From Diadema antillarum (taxonomy: Eukaryota): 64,000 bases of DNA. This document shows, piece after piece, positions 62,501 through 64,000 of the stretch. The translations under genes were made by a program, and so were the position numbers. A model generated the notes under the pieces. That model did no database searches. It was not told the origin of the DNA and worked only from the letters and a program-made list of their open reading frames with translations. The first letter of the stretch is position 1, and the number at the start of each line of letters is the position of its first letter. The stretch spans positions 1,550,001-1,614,000 of the forward strand of contig NW_027270908.1 in assembly GCF_040938485.1 (NCBI RefSeq), written 5' to 3'.

Positions 62501-63563
62501 AATACGCTATTTAATACAAGGGGACTGTGGCATTTTTAGAATCCAATTGACATCTCGCAAACACATTTTGGTGGAATTTGAGAAATTATCAATCCACGAA
62601 GTGTTATGGAGGGGAACTAAGCGGGGAAATGGTTAGGGCCTAAATGATATTGAATTCCCACACGAGGGAACATTAAGCATTAATTGAACTGAAATGACAG
62701 ATCTTTTGAAAGAATCATTCGGAGATATGTCAATTCTATGGGAAAGGACCAAGGAAGAGGATGTGGGAAGGGGCATAAACCCATTGTATTTTCAGAGTTG
62801 AACTGCAACAATTCCTTGCACAGTTTCGGTAAAAATTTGGACAGTTTTCCATCAAAAAAGCATAAAAATCTCCGACATCCCGAAAATCATTGGGAGGGGG
62901 TAATATCATGGCAACTGCCCCGCACCCCTGCATATACAAGGGAGCTTTTGCATTACTCTGGGATAGAAACGAAAATATCGTGGGAGAGGATTTCCGTCCA
63001 ATACGAGGAAGATTTTGCATTTCATAATTTACTGGTGCACTCTTTGGGTGAAAGATTGGGACAGTTTCGAATTTTCGAAAAAAAAATCCACATCTTGCCG
63101 TTGGAAATTACTGGGGGGGGGGGGGAATAATATGCCTCCTCCCCCGGTCTGTCGACCCTCCCCTGGTGGATATACTCTCCCCCTGAATGAGGGAACTTCT
63201 GCATTTTTACAATTCCTTTCAGGAAAAAAAAATCAATTCAAAAGTTGGGAAAGTAAAATATCCGGGGACAATGGGAATGCTTTGATAGTGCTGTCTGTAC
63301 TTATAAGCTTGTTCTGTGTGCGAGGGGGATACCCCTCCCACGCTATGGAGATTTCGCATTTTTAGAAGTGAAATGCAGCGATCTGATGCACACTGAGTGG
63401 GATATTTGGACAGTTTTCTATCAAAAACCAAGCAATTTTCCCTGTAAAAAGATAAAAGTTGGGGGTGCATAACTTTTATTTTTCACAGGGGTGCTATGCC
63501 CCCCTGCTCCAAAAAGTCAGGGGTGCTGCAGCACCCCCAGCACCCCCGGCTCCCAGGGGCTTG
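59534..63563. mobile_element. Non-autonomous hAT-like DNA transposon (4.0 kb), composite
   Basis: TIRs CAGGCCCCTGGGAGC ... GCTCCCAGGGGCTTG (1 mismatch); exact 8-bp TSD CCTATTAT at 59526-59533 and 63564-63571; internal subrepeats; no transposase ORF. Confidence 0.88.
60295..61180 (+). repeat. ~165-bp diverged tandem repeat, about 6 copies, inside the 4-kb element
   Basis: Recurring GCGAGCG..CTTGAAAATTTTGACATT..CCAAAACTGCCGTTTG..CAACATCAGG(C/A)GAATGGCATAACGATTAAAT. Confidence 0.9.
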
Positions 63564-64000
63564 CCTATTATCCACACTGTGCATCGTTTACGGACGACTA
63601 TTTGATTTTGCGTCAAATTACTGGGAAAGTGACAAAATGAGTCCTTTCAAGACGTCTCAGTTATATGTAACTCCGTCACGTTGTGCTGGAAACATTGAAT
63701 ATCTAATTACCATGTCTCATGTCGAGCTCCCCATCAGTGATTGATGGAGAGTTTGGACGGCCTACGCGAAAGTTAAATTAACACGACCAGAAGCCGTAAA
63801 ATCATTTTCAAAGTGAAAATATGGCATTCATATACACGAAAATGCATGCATTTTCATCAAATACAGGATATATTCACTTACAGAGGAAATAGTGTTTATT
63901 GCCATAACAGATTGCAATGTACACGTATAGCCTACTTATGACGGGCATCTTACGGTCATAATATACCTAGACAGAAAGATCCGTCTGTCCGGAGGACTCT

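Noticed and set aside
58142-64000. Expected SMC1 gene head-to-head with RIBC, as in vertebrates
   Set aside because: No SMC1-like first exon (MGxLKxIEIENFKSY) found in the remaining 5.9 kb; it may lie beyond the window or the arrangement is absent.
1-64000. Autonomous transposase/RT genes, tRNA, rRNA, snoRNA
   Set aside because: No DDE, RT or integrase motifs in the ORF track and no cloverleaf or rRNA signatures noticed by eye; a covariance-model search (Infernal/tRNAscan-SE) would be needed to exclude small RNAs.

Overview
Eukaryotic (animal) genomic DNA: AT-rich, intron-rich, four short N gaps. The repeat landscape resembles an echinoderm such as a sea urchin, but this is an impression, not a determination. 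Two complete multi-exon genes can be spliced by hand with consistent phases and GT-AG junctions, and they converge tail-to-tail. HDAC11 (class IV histone deacetylase / lysine fatty-acyl deacylase) is on +, with 9 exons at 4735-46081 and about 492 aa. It has an unusual ~105-aa acidic N-terminal extension, a 20.6-kb third intron and two possible C-termini. A RIB43A-domain ciliary microtubule inner protein (RIBC1/RIBC2 co-orthologue) is on -, with 5 exons at 58141-53683 and 379 aa. A possible signal-peptide first exon of a third gene lies on - at the far left. The rest is intron/intergenic DNA dense with non-autonomous DNA transposons. These include two hAT-like elements with 8-bp TSDs and internal tandem arrays, TTAA-flanked Kolobok-like and piggyBac-like MITEs, TA-flanked Tc1/pogo-like MITEs, an element with a 6-bp TSD, and an unclassified TCGT...ACGA family with 2-bp flanking repeats. 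Foldbacks and microsatellites are also present. No transposase, RT, tRNA, rRNA or CRISPR array was recognised, and I found no clear new multi-gene system. The most notable points are the HDAC11-RIBC linkage (likely a relic of the ancestral block behind the vertebrate 3p25/22q13/Xp11 paralogon), the HDAC11 termini, inverted purine-rich repeats bracketing a symmetric HDAC11 exon, and several atypical transposon end signatures.
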